A stretch of 64,000 nucleotides of DNA, from positions 62,001-126,000 of the forward strand of contig NW_003314398.1 of assembly GCF_000143415.4 (NCBI RefSeq), given 5' to 3'. Of the stretch, positions 11,000 to 22,996 are shown one piece after another. Made by a program: the position numbers and the translations under genes. This DNA comes from Selaginella moellendorffii (lineage: Eukaryota; Plantae; Lycopodiophyta). Numbering within the stretch: position 1 is the first letter of the stretch; each line of letters starts with the position of its first letter. The notes beneath the pieces were generated by a model. That model did not search any database. It saw only the letters and a list, made by a program, of their open reading frames with translations, and was not told the origin of the DNA.

Positions 11000-12065
11000 A
11001 TGGCGGCGGTGGATCTCGTCGCCTGGCTGCGGGGCCGCGCCGGCCGCTTCGACAACACGCTCTTGGCTTTCCGAAGGGATCTGGTAACGAAAGCAGTGGG
11101 AAATTGTTTTCTTTGCATTGAAGGTGAATCGCCTGTCTAGGAGGAAGGCGACTTGGATGACGAGCTGAAAGCCGCGCTGCATCTGATAGCCCGGGAAAGG
11201 TATGCTCTTGTGTACGTCAAGGATTTCTTTCCCCTTCGTTTCTTGCAGAGAGCCGGAGCCGGAGAGCGAGAAGGATGGTGGAGAGAGTGGCGGCGAGGAG
11301 AGGATCGTGGAGGAAAAGATCAGTGGCGAGGAGGCGACCAACAACGGCGACGCCACCGCCAGTGCCGCCGTCGCCGCTGCCAGTGCCGGTGGCAAGAAGA
11401 GCAAGAGGAAGAACAGGCACAAGAAGGAGACGCTGTCGGCGGCGGCGGTGGTGGAGTCGAAGGTGAACAAGAACAATCAGACGGAGACGGTGTCGACGGT
11501 GGTGGTGGAGTCGAAGACGAAGACTGTGACTTCCTTGGTGCCTCCAGAGGAGGAGGCCGCTGCCGCTGCCGCCGCCCCTGCTTCAAGGAGGAAGAAAAAC
11601 AAGAAGAACAAGAACACAAATACAGGGGACGAGAACAAGGATGCCGGGATGGAAGTTGACGCAAATGCTCCTCCGCCTCCTCCACCTCCCGCGGTGGCTG
11701 TTCCTGCTCTTCCCGCCGCTGCCGTCGCTGTTCCGGAGGGGGATCTCGCCACCAAGGCCAAGAAGAGAAAGAAGAAAAGCAAGGTGGTGGCGGCGAGCGA
11801 GGATGGAGGCGCAGCGCAGGGCCACGGCGATGGCGATGGCGAGGCCGGAAGCTCCAAGAAGGTCGAGGAACCCAAGGGCGAGGATGTAGGCGCGGCGCAG
11901 GGCCATGGCGATGGCGATGGCGAGGCCGAGAGCTCCATGATGGCCGAGGAGGCTGGAAGCTCCAAGAAGCGAGCGAAGCCCAAGGAGGAGGACACCGCTG
12001 AAGCCGCTGGAGATGCCGCTGCTACCTCCGCGAAGAAGAGGAAGAAGAAGAGCAAGGGCCAGTGA
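11000..12065 (+). CDS. LisH-motif, Lys/Ala/Glu-rich putative nucleolar protein (3 exons)
   Basis: Exon 1 MAAVDLVAWLRGRAGRFDNTLLAFRRDL is LisH-like. GT-AG introns join it in frame to ORF 11202-12065, which has several KKRKKK clusters. Confidence 0.65.
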
Positions 12066-12211
12066 TGATCGAATTGGTATAGAGTGATCGAATAGCTATA
12101 GAGCGATCGAGCGAGAACGTTTTGCGGGAATAAGATCTGTAGGAATCGGCCACGAGAAAGCATCTATTTTCAAAAAAGTGAATATCCTGTGCGTAGAATA
12201 TCCCAAGAATA

Positions 12212-13165
12212 TTAGGGCTCCTGAGCAACTCTCATGACGAGGGCCGTGAGGAGCTCCTCCCTCTTCTGCGACCTCAGCTCGTCCTGCGCCCGCCTCACCT
12301 CCTCGCGCTCCCACCACTCGTGCTCGCGCGCCCTCCTCTCCGCCTCGAGCCGCTCCATCCTCTGCCGCCACTCCGCCTCGCGATCCCGGCGCTCGCGATC
12401 GCGCCGCTCGAACACCTCCCGCCACTGCTCCTCCATCCGCTGCTGCTGCTGGAAGAACTCTTCCAGCACCTCCTGCATGTTGTTGGCGCGGTACTTCTCC
12501 GCCGTCGCGCGCTGCCGCTCCTTGTCCGCCTTCCTCTTCTTCTTCTGGACGGCGCGATCGTCCTCTCCGCCGCTCGGATCCTCCTCCTCCTGCTCCTCCT
12601 CCTCGTCGCTGTTGTCGAGATCGTCGGATAGATGCGGCTGCTGCTGCTGCTGCTGCTTGGTCCGCTTCTTTGGCCGGATCAATCCATCCGACTCGAGCAG
12701 GAGCTTGGAACCCGCGTTCTTGAGCCGGGCCTTGAAGATCGAGTCTAGCTCGTCGAAGAATGGGCACTGGCGGCCATTCTCTGGATCCGAGAGCTCCTTT
12801 CCCTAGAAAGATCGCGACCCACCGACCGATCAGATCGAATCTCCAGCTATCCTAGCACAAACCTTGTAGCGATTGACGAGATTCTTCCACTTGCACTTGC
12901 ACTGGTCGGCACTTCGCCGGTAGCCCCTGTCCTTCATCTTGCCCGCGATGAGCTCCCACAGCGTCTTGTTGCGCTTCGTCTGCGTGAAATCCTTCTCCAG
13001 CTCCGCGCGGATCCTAATCAGATCCCTCGTCTCGTTGAATCCCCACTGCGGGATGCGATCATCCTTCTTCCCGCCCTTCCTGCCCCCTCCCGAGAGATTT
13101 TCCAGCGCGCTAGACCCCCCAACCAGCGATTGGAGCGGCATTGCCAGGAACATCTCGTCCGCCAT
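12212..13165 (-). CDS. Trihelix (GT-1/GT-3-like) transcription factor, 2 exons
   Basis: QWGFNETRDLI...LWELIA...RSADQCKCKWKNLVNRYK, intron 12803-12862, then GKE...CPFFDELDSIF and a C-terminal coiled coil. Confidence 0.93.
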
Positions 13166-13447
13166 AGCCACGAAGAACCCTAAAAAGAGAGAGACAGACA
13201 CCCTTCTCTTTACATCCGGAGAAACCGAGAAAGGTATATATTTTATTCCAAAAAGAATCCAGTCACAGGGGAGGAGCTCTTCGGAGAAATCACACAACAC
13301 TACAAACAGAAAAACAAGCCAAAAAATTCCTCGCTACATAGATCAGTCGGTCGTCACAATCTTGCGGCCAGCGGCGGCGGCACCAAAATGTAGAGCGTAA
13401 TTCAAGAAGAAGAAGTCCCACCGCCATAGCCGCCGCTAGAAAGATCT

Positions 13448-13639
13448 TCACATCCTCGCGAACAAGAAGGAGAGGGCGCTCATCCCTGCGATCACCGCCA
13501 CCGCCGGAGCGAGCGCAAACCCTGCCCCCTCTTCTGGAGCTGGAGCTGGGCTGAGGGCTTGGGCCTGGGCGCAAGAAACCGCCGACGCCATCACCGCGGC
13601 CACGATCAGCGCCACCACTTCGGCAAATCTGTGCGCCAT
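13448..13639 (-). CDS. Arabinogalactan peptide (signal peptide, SPAPAP, GPI-like tail)
   Basis: MAHRFAEVVALIVAAVMASAVSCAQAQALSPAPAPEEGAGFALAPAVAVIAGMSALSFLFARM; upstream TATA at about 13733. Confidence 0.85.
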   Translation of the reverse strand: MAHRFAEVVALIVAAVMASAVSCAQAQALSPAPAPEEGAGFALAPAVAVIAGMSALSFLFARM

Positions 13640-14190
13640 CGCGATCGATCTAGCAGCTTTTGCGAGTGAGCAAGCGAAGCGACCAAGAAAGAAGCCTAGG
13701 AAACCTATGCCAACGAAAGCATGGGGGGCCCTTTTATATATAAACCCAGGAGCGCTCTGTATGGCGGTTTGCGGGGTATATTCCGCCAAAAATTGGCCCC
13801 TCCACGTGTGGTGACACGCTATCCGCCACATCGGATTCCCGCGTACGAGTGCACGCCACGATAGTTCTTAGGGCAATGCTGGTAAAGCCGGCTCTTGCCA
13901 CGTTGGTGGATCAGTGACGTGTAAAGCACGACGGCTCCACGTCGGCAATAAAGGTTAGGCCGTTATAGAGGCCGCGATTTGCGGCGAATGGACGGCCGCA
14001 CGCGATGCGATCCTCTCCGTCCATTCGGGACAAACGTGGTTGGCCAAGCTTTCCACACTATAAATTCAAAGCTCTCACACTCATTCGCCCAGAACAGCAT
14101 TCCACAATTCTTTCTTTCGATCGATCCATCCATCGCTGCTGGGGAATTAATTGATCTTCTGGGCGCGTTTGACGATCCAAGCCCCCGAAG

Positions 14191-14433
14191 ATGACCAAGT
14201 TCGCTCCAGCGACCCCACTGCTGCTGCTGCCGCTGGCGATCATGGCCAGTTTGGTGATGAATTCGTGGATCCTCGCTGCAAATGCTCTGGACGAGCCACT
14301 TGCCGAGGAGGATTCCATCGCTCCCGCTCCGAGCTTCCTCCCTGCGCTGGAGACCGGTGGCGACGCGAATTTTCTCGCAGTGCCAGCGCTGTTGATTGCC
14401 GCTTGCTTGGGGGTGTTCTTGGTTCCTCGCTAG
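14191..14433 (+). CDS. Arabinogalactan peptide-like protein
   Basis: Hydrophobic N-terminus, APAPS motif, hydrophobic C-terminal tail; TATAAAT at about 14059. Confidence 0.7.
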   Translation: MTKFAPATPLLLLPLAIMASLVMNSWILAANALDEPLAEEDSIAPAPSFLPALETGGDANFLAVPALLIAACLGVFLVPR

Positions 14434-14706
14434 GTAGCATATAAATGAATGTGGATTGACAAGCAAGGAGAGTCCGTACGAGACATATTCCAGGGGAATC
14501 GTTTGAAATGGCGACGCGAGCCCAAATTTTCAAACCAATTTCTCCGCGTGAGTTGAAAATCCTTCGCTCGATTGGACTCGGATTCTGGAATTATCGATCG
14601 ATGCTTTCTCGCTACAAGTTCTTCCATTTATTGAGAGATTAATGTGAGCTAGATCGAAGTTATACAGCACAATCTCTACGAAACAATTCTCTTCTACATC
14701 GCGTCT

Positions 14707-14931
14707 TCACAGGACCAACGCGAAGAATTCGATGAAGCTCGCGGCAAGCAGCGCTAGCAGCAGGGTCGCCGAGGGCGATGATCCAGTTGCATCCGAGATC
14801 GCTCTGCCCGGCGCGGGGCCATGGTGAGGATGAGGACCCGGGGCTGGAGCCGGCGTCGCCATCGCCACTCTCACCACGAGCACCACCAGCAGTAGCGCCG
14901 CGATTTCCACACGATTCGCCTTCATCTTCAT
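14707..14931 (-). CDS. His-containing arabinogalactan peptide
   Basis: Signal peptide, TPAPAPGPHPHHGPAPG, GPI-like tail. Confidence 0.82.
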   Translation of the reverse strand: MKMKANRVEIAALLLVVLVVRVAMATPAPAPGPHPHHGPAPGRAISDATGSSPSATLLLALLAASFIEFFALVL

Positions 14932-15007
14932 CCAAGCGAAACCAAGAAACTCGAAGAAGAAGAAGAAGAAGAAGAGAGAGGTTTTGGGTTTTTATAGAAA
15001 CCCAAGT

Positions 15008-15017
15008 GCCACGTGGC
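15008..15017. promoter_or_regulatory. Perfect palindromic G-box GCCACGTGGC between divergent AG-peptide genes
   Basis: Directly visible motif. Confidence 0.55.
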
Positions 15018-15275
15018 GCGGAGCTGGCAGTCCATGTGTCACCCCAGCCATGTTGCCCTAAAAAAGGAATGAGTCAACTTGGGGATGCACGATCCATTCG
15101 CTCCCCATAGATAAAACCCCTGGACGGGCTCTCCTTTGTGTGCATTGACATTTTAGTTGGTTCTAGGTAGAGCGTCCCTCCGCTAGTTCTCGCTTCTCGC
15201 TCCTCGATCGATCGATCAATCGCGCCTGGGAATTCCTCGAGGGACTTGTCGATCGATTCTTCTTCCCCTCACGCC

Positions 15276-15503
15276 ATGGCTGCTTCTTGGAGGATCAAGC
15301 TCGTGCTTTTCCAGCTCCTGTTGGTGATGGCGATGGTCTTGGCTCACGAAGGCCACAACCACGGCCCGGCAATGGCACCGGGGCCGGGCATGCACCACCA
15401 TGGTCCAGCTCCAGCCCCTAATTCTAGAGCCATCGCCAGCAGCACCACCACCGCCATAGGAGCTTTCGCGCTACTCCTTGTGGCCTTTCAGTTCCTGGTA
15501 TAG
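15276..15503 (+). CDS. His-rich arabinogalactan peptide (AGP24-like HEGH start)
   Basis: Signal peptide, then HEGHNHGPAMAPGPGMHHHGPAPAP and a hydrophobic GPI-like tail. Confidence 0.85.
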   Translation: MAASWRIKLVLFQLLLVMAMVLAHEGHNHGPAMAPGPGMHHHGPAPAPNSRAIASSTTTAIGAFALLLVAFQFLV

Positions 15504-16305
15504 ACAAGCTTGTGCTTGCAAGTACAAATTAAATAAACATTTACATGGTTTTAATATATAGAAGATTTTATCAAAAGCCAAGAGTGTTTACATCTAATAT
15601 CTAGGATTTTTGTATAAAAAAAGCCATGGTTTCTCTCCTTTGGCGTACTCTTTGATCCCAATTTCACGGATTCGTACGTGTTTTGACAGTTTGCATGTAC
15701 TACATTTTGGTACAGCTTTTGTACTACTGAAGTGCATGATGCAGCTTGTAATGTATAGTATACAAAGAAAAAGAAAAAGGATTTTAAGAATAGTTATTCC
15801 CCATGAAAGGAATTAGTAAAGAATAACAATATTGTTAAATAAAGCAGAAAAGAAAAGAAAAAAAAGAACGTTCCTGTTCTTTCTGCCCATCGCGTCGTGT
15901 TCTTCATAACACTGCGCTGTGTGCGCGTTCGCTTCTTTTCTCCGTGTTTCTACAGCTAGAAACGAACTGGAGACGACAAAAGATGGATCGTATTCGCAGC
16001 AGCCAATTTGACTCGATCCTGGAAGAACAAGCCCGAGCTGACTTTAGAAACAAAGCAAGAAAAAAGAGCGTACCTTGCAAAACAATTCGACTCAATTCTA
16101 CATGGACTATAAACTCGAGAGAGAAAAAAGGAGTCCCCTTTGACTTACAAAATTCTTTTTCTGCGATGTTGGTACTTCTGTACATCGAGTGTCGATCGTT
16201 TTTCGACTGAAAAGGAGTGTTGCTTTGTTCGCTCCTTCGTAAATAATTGTGTGTATGCGTGTGCTGTATCTCTATACACAAAGCTTTCGCCTTTGCTTCC
16301 TTCTT

Positions 16306-19300
16306 TTAGAAGTGTTCTTTGTGGAACTCAAATCTGGTGCTCGTCTGATACGTGTACTCGCGCGATATCTGGTCCAGCTCTTTGGCCAGAAGAGACGATC
16401 CGCAAAAGAATACACCTGGATTCGACAGAGAGCTCGATCTTTAGATCTTGGCTTTCTAACTATGAGAGAACTTTCAAAGCGAGAAACTCTTACCAATTCT
16501 AGAATCCGGATGCGTGCTTGCGAGCCTGGAGAATACTTTCCTCCAGTTTGGCTTGGCAAAGTGCGTGCGTACCTAGCACAAGAGAGCAAAACAATCATCA
16601 AAAACCATCACGAGAGAGGAAGCAAAGGGAAAAACTATTTACTCTGGTTCCCGAGACAATGTCCACACCATTCTTGGCATGGTGGAGAGCTTGGACCATG
16701 GTGATCAACGCAGACCTTGCGTCGCCCTCCTCGTAAACGCTCGTCAAATAGTTGTGCATCTCAATCACAGCCTGAAGAGAAAGATGATAATAGTGAGAAA
16801 CAAAGTCTCGAAAGAAAAAACCACCTTTTGATCGATCTCGGCAACTTCATTCATCACGCCTTTGAACCAGTCGAAAGATCCCTGCTCTCTCGTCACCCAG
16901 TAGAAGTAAGCGTTGGTCGGGCCTCGCCTCTTTCGCCTCCGCGGGCTCTCCATGGCCCGGATCATGTCAATGTGGACGGAGTCGCTTGGCGATGGGTGGT
17001 CGGAAGTTTTGATGTGGTTGAGCATGTCCCGGAGGATGCTGATGAACGGGGTGGCTCCAATGCCCAGTCCGACCAGTAGCAACACATCGTACTTCCGGTA
17101 GTCCTGCGCCGGAGCTCCGTAAGGCCCGTCGATCAACAGCTTTGGAAACTTGTTCCGCGACGCCGCGCCAACGATGTACTCGGCTCGGAGAAGGCCACTC
17201 TTGTTTCCAATCGGTGGCTCACACACCTGCAGTGAGACGAGAAAAAAGATGAAGCAAAGCTTGCATCAACTTAACGATGACTTTACCTCGGAGAAGATTC
17301 GCTTCATCTCCTGCGTCCAGTCGCCAAGAACTCGGATATGTACGCTCACGAAGTCGTCTCCAGGGGCGGAGGTTATGGAAAACGGATGCCTGGACGGACA
17401 ATAAATGCCCAGACAAGAAAAACACACAAGAGTCTTATGGAACTGGTGGGACGAGCAAGAAAAATAAAGGAAGGAGAAGAAATTTACCACTCGAACGGTG
17501 AGATTGCTGGGCATTTAAGGAAGAGATACATGCCGCTTTTATACTTGAACCCAGGTGGCTTCGTCATGTGCAAAGCCAATACGTTTCCAGTGTAGATCGC
17601 AGCCTGCAACCATAAAAAAAAGAAAAAAAGAGGAACACGGCTTGATCAATCTTTTCTTTCTCTACTCAAGTTACTCACGTACCTTGAGAATCTGTACAGA
17701 GTAATTCCCTGATCGAAAGTATCTCAAAGTTCGCTCCCCGGTGTAAAGAAGCAACGGCACGCTGAGGTACATCCAAGTCTGGGAGCTCAAAAAAGAAAGC
17801 ACACAACTGTAGTGAGTGGTGGAATCCGATGCAAGGAAGAATCCAACGCATTACGATCGAAATGACGAAGAAAAAAGAAGAAAAAAGAAAAAAGCGCGAG
17901 CGAATCAATGGAAACAAACGAGCAACCAAACACAAAAAACAACCAAAGCAGGAAGAAAGATGGATAGGATCGATGAAGTTCATCCACAAGCAGGAAGAAA
18001 GATGGACAAACTTACGGTTTTATCCTTGAACTTGAAGCTCAAGAAGAGCTTGAAGCTGTGGACGATGAGACAGACGTAGACGATGACAAAGAGGTGGTGC
18101 GAGTACCAAAAGGCGTTGAACCCAGTAAGGCGATGGAAGGGCCATGGTAACTTAACGAGGCTCCGGCGGAACCAGCGGGTGGCGAGCGTGAAGGCAATGA
18201 TCATGAGCACCACCATGATGATCCCGGTGATCCCCGTCACCGACTTGACAATGTCCATGTAGCTCGGCTTCTCGTAGTGCCAGCCGCGGCCAATCTTGGC
18301 GTTAAAATCCTCGTCCGAGGCTTGCACGATCCGGGGGAAGTCGCAGGCAAGGTGGACACCGCCATGGATGATAACTCCGAAAGCAATCCCGATAGTAATC
18401 GCCTGGTAAAACGTTGGAAGGTGTGAGAAAGAGCAGTTTGCGAAGAACGAAGGCAAGTTTCTCAAAAGCCTAGTTTGCGAAGAACGAAGGCAAAGTAAAA
18501 CTTTCGCAAAGAGATTGATCAAGCAGAGCGAAGGAAACGAGAGACTTTGCCAGTAACACACATGAAGAATGCGAAGAAAAACACTCAAAATCGGAACTTG
18601 CACGACAATGGAGAGAGGAGAGAAGAGAGGTTTGTGAAGAACAAAGGCAAAGAAAACTCGACGACCTCATGGAAGCAAATGCAGCCATGCAAAGAGATCG
18701 CTCAAAGCTTTCAGAGCGAGGAAAGAGAGTTTGCCACCCATGAAGAATGCAAAGTAAAACACACAAACTCTGGAAACTTGCGACGACCTTGAAGAACACA
18801 TCCGCAAAGGAGTCGCAAGAAAATGGAAAAATCTGGAAGCTTGCGAAGAACAGTAGACAAGCAAGAGCCCCAAGAAAATGGGAAGCAAGGACACGAAGGA
18901 TCGAGCAATCAAAGAAAGAACTTACGATGGGTGACTTACTTTGTGGAAGTTGATGTTGTCGTCGAAAGGGACGACGAGGCCCAGCCATGTCGATCGCAAG
19001 GTGGTGATGAGGTTCCTACAAACCGGGAGCAAGATGAGCGCCATGTTGAGCTTGAGCGTCTCCGCGGCTCCCTTGGCGGCGCACACGCAGTAGCCCATGA
19101 TCTCAAACGCGGCACGGTTCTTGTACTGCACGAACTTCCAGGTGAAGAGCGCCACCATGGCCGCCAGCCACACCGACACCACCCAGATCCTCTGCCAGTG
19201 CTCGCTCACGTAGTTCCTGGTGGTGCGCGACAAGGCGCGGATTGGATTCCGCCGCCGCGGCGCCACCAGCGTCTGGCTGTAGTTGAGCTGCTGGAGATCG

Positions 19301-20716
19301 CGGCTGTAGCCCCCGATCGGCGCTCCTCGCATCAGCTGTTCTAGCTGCCATAGCTGGAAGAAGGAAGAACAAGAAAACGATTGGTTCTTGGTACTTGGTT
19401 CTTGATCTATCGATCGATCCTGGGAGATTGCATGGATCGGATGGGATGGGCTGGATGGATTGCTCACCTCGATGTAGCCCAAGTTGTCGGGATCGAGCTC
19501 CTCCATGATCAGCGCGGCGTACTCCTCGGCTTGCTCCTTGAGCTTGGAGAGCTTGTTGGCGGAGGCGCTGAGCATGATCACCTGGATCGATGGAATCGTG
19601 AGAGAGCTCGCAATTGGGTCTCGTTAGCTTACCTCCTTGACTTCCTCCTCGGAGATCCGGCCATCGGCATTCTTGTCACACCTGGATAGAAGAACACATA
19701 AGAAAGAGCTCAAGAACAGCTGCGAGAAGAGAGATTTCCATCCTTACATGTCGAAAAAGATCTGCATTCGCGCATCGAAGCTCTGATCCGAGATCTGGAG
19801 CCAAAACTCGTAGAGATCCCTCTTGGAGATTTGCTCCGCGTTGGTCATCCCCTTCTTCCTCGCCAGCGCGTCGAAGAGCTCGCCCGCAAACTCCTTGGAG
19901 TCCTTCATCCCTGCAACCCATCTATCGATCAATCGATCCAAGAAGGAAGAAAGGAGAGAGGAGAAAGGAGAAGGAAGGATCTCTCTTACCAATGCATTGC
20001 CCGAAATCGCCGCGATTGAGCAGCCCCTCGGGCGACGCCAGCTTGTCGAATCGCTCCTCCACGCTCTTCCACAGCGCGGATCGATCGGCCGCGTTGGCGC
20101 CGGCCTTGGTGATGAATCGCAGCCCGTGGAGCGCGTTCTCGGCGCCCGACTTGGATCGCGAGAGGTACCTGGGCCGCGAAGAGCCAGCATGCGCACCACC
20201 GCTGCTCGAGGAGCTCGTCGCGGCGGCGGTGGCGGCGGCGATGGCGTCGGGGTTGAATCGCGAGGAGAGGACGCGCGCGGCCGCGTGCTTGAGCTCCTGG
20301 GACAGCTGCTTCATCCGGCTGGACGTGTTGGAGGCGGTGCGCTTGAGCGAGCTGCGCAGCGATCTCTTGTCCGCCCAGTGCTGCTGGTGATCCAGCGCAG
20401 CCACCGGCGCGGGCGCGAGGAGGTTCCTCTCGGGGTGCTCCTCGCCGCCGCCGCCGCTACACTGCACCGCGGCGGCGGCGATGGTGGGATTCACGCTCCT
20501 CAGCTTCACCGAGTCGTCGCGCACATCCAGCGTCACCTCCACGAAGTGGTGCTGGGCGATGGCGCCACCGCCACTGCTGTGATCCAGCGCCTGGTCCCAT
20601 CGCAGTGGCACTGTGGCGATGTGAGCTCCCCCTCCACCTCCTCCTCCTCCTCGGCCTCCATAGCTGGGATGAATCGAGAGCTCTTGTGCTTGGTGGCTGG
20701 ATCTTCCCTGTCTCAT
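16306..20716 (-). CDS. RBOH: Respiratory burst oxidase homologue (NADPH oxidase), multi-exon
   Basis: [15 protein letters not shown]-hand region, [64 protein letters not shown], terminal FEFHKEHF*. Confidence 0.97.
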
Positions 20717-22066
20717 TGCAATCAATCAAACCGGCCGCCAAAGAAAAATCCACGCTGTGGAAATTTCTTCCACTGGAAAGGTCGCAATCTACCAAGATCG
20801 ATCTATCGATCTATCTACCAAGAAAAGAAGAGTTTCTGCGCTACAGTCGTGGCTCCTCCTCCTTTTTTCTTCGTCTCATCACCACCCGGATGCTTCCCGT
20901 GCTCACACGGAGAGGAGGAAGAATGGAGAATGGTGGCCGTAAGTAGATACCAAAGCAAAGATAAAAGAAAGAATGTTAAGCAAAAGCGCGTAGCCGGGTG
21001 CCCGAGGTCGGTGCCCCCGGTGTCCGAGGTGGAGTCCGAGCTCCTCCACTCACTTCCTTTTGAGAGTCTAGCCTCCAATCCTTGGGAAAAGGGATCTGCC
21101 TAAAGCGCCCATGCAGTGGTGGAGGAGAATCGAGCTCGATCGCGAATTCGAGCTCCAGGAGTGGCGGAGAATTGAGCCCTCCGCTGGAACGCTCATAGAA
21201 ATAGGTTTTAGAAGAGGTGGAGAAGAGGAGGAGGGAAAAAAGAAAAGAAAAGCAACGCACCTTTGCTCTTGTGTGAAGAGGAACGCGCCGCTTTGACGGT
21301 GTTGGCTTCGTAAATGCCGCGAATATGCGGATTCTAGAATTGGCTGGTCGTTGACTTTGCCCGGTCAAACGTTTCTCCGGCTGTGGTCAAACCCCTAGGA
21401 ACTAGAGTGCTACTGGGCGATGCGCCGGAAGAGTTCCAGTCAACGCACCCTGGAATGGTCACTTGGCGAGTTGGCGTGGTCCACTCCATCCAGTGGCTCG
21501 AATTTTTTGCTCTCGATCGTGGCTCGCAGCTGGATTGGAGATGGAGATGGCGGTGTTGCGGTGGTGGCGTGGTGGTGTCCGGTCAATCTAGGAGGATCAA
21601 ACACACTGGCGTGCGCGGATGGATCTCGATCCCGATCGATCGATTGGAAGTGATTGATTTGTCCCTCCACCACCGAGAGGAAACGAAATCATTGAAATCA
21701 TTTCGAGACCCCGCCAAGATCTTTGCATCGCGCTTGCGTTTGTCTGACGAGCCAAGAACACGGCGGGGCGGGCGGGCGGGCGGGATGGACTAGAAGTTTA
21801 ACAAGGACGAAACAATGACTTTGGCAGTGTCGTCCCTGGCGATTTTCATCCCTCGAGGACTTCTAGAAGCGCAGCCCTTCAAGCCAAAGACCATGTACGC
21901 CAGCCAGCGATGATTTTAATAAAAGATAGATCATGTGTTTGTGTATGACAAAACTTTGATGATCCGCTACATTGAAGAAAAAAAAGCCAGCAATTCTTGG
22001 CTAAGGTACAAAGATTGGATCCAAAACTTTTATAAAAAAAACAAGGAAAAGAGGGAAAAAGCTATT

Positions 22067-22147
22067 TGTCAGGAATGGGATTCGAACCCATGCCCTTGCG
22101 GACTAGTACCTGAAACTAGCGCCTTAGACCAACTCGGCCATCCTGAC
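22067..22147 (-). tRNA. tRNA-Leu(CAG)
   Basis: GTCAGGATGGCCGAGTTGGTCTAAGGCGCTAGTTTCAGGTACTAG...GGTTCGAATCCCATTCCTGACA: anticodon CAG, long variable arm, T-run downstream. Confidence 0.96.
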
Positions 22148-22996
22148 TCCACTTGAAAAGCTTTGCCATTCCATCATTCCTATCGTGTATATCGTCCAAG
22201 AGAAACGGGCAACTTGACCACTTTCTTCTTCTTGGCCCCGAGAAAGAGCCATGAAGCTCTCCATAGTGCTCCATTTCGTCACACGCCGCATCCATTCTCT
22301 CTGTATGGCAGCTTAGCTCCAACGTCTTGTCCCACCCACAAAGGATGTATGATGCGAAGGAGCAAAGCTGAGAGTAATTCCTTCTTCTTGGTCTTCTCCT
22401 TTGCTCGGACCATCCTAGCGAAGATCACTTCGCTCGAAAGCGATTGCTAGCCAGCTTTACGCTGGAGAGCTTTTGGATCTTGCGCGACCGGAGCGAAACT
22501 CTTGTCAACGACACAGCTAGCTCTGGCAACCCACGGACGAGCGAACAGAAGAGAAAGGAGAAAAACAAAAGTGAGACATGTAAAGTCAAGTTAAGAAAAT
22601 AACTAAGAAATTCCAGAGAAGCTCGGCTTACACAGGGATGCGGTATCTCAACACTCCATAACAGCGTCCATCCATGATCCAGCACTTGAAAAGTACAAAT
22701 ACAGTTCTGCAAGCCAAGGACGACAAGCCGATTAAATCAAAGCACACGATGGAAAAGAATTAAAAAGAAATGGAGAATGCAAACGTACGGAGTTTGCAGC
22801 GCTTAGAGAAAGCACGTCTCCATTCGACGATCCATGCCTTGACGTGAAAAAGAGATTCAGCACCAGCGGGGAATAGGAGTCGCCATAGCTGCATGATTTG
22901 CCGGAACTTCTGAAAGGTTGGTGCAAGCCGGGCGGTCATTTAATACCGGCTTCTCGCGTCAAAATGTAGCTCTAGTGTGCCGAGATGTAGCAGTTT

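Noticed and set aside
20533-20661. ATG at 20661 (MEAEEEEE...) as RBOH start
   Set aside because: Out of frame with the conserved FVEVTLD motif and terminates early; ATG 20716 is in frame.
19823-21103. 426-aa plus-strand ORF
   Set aside because: Antisense shadow of the GC-rich first exons of RBOH.
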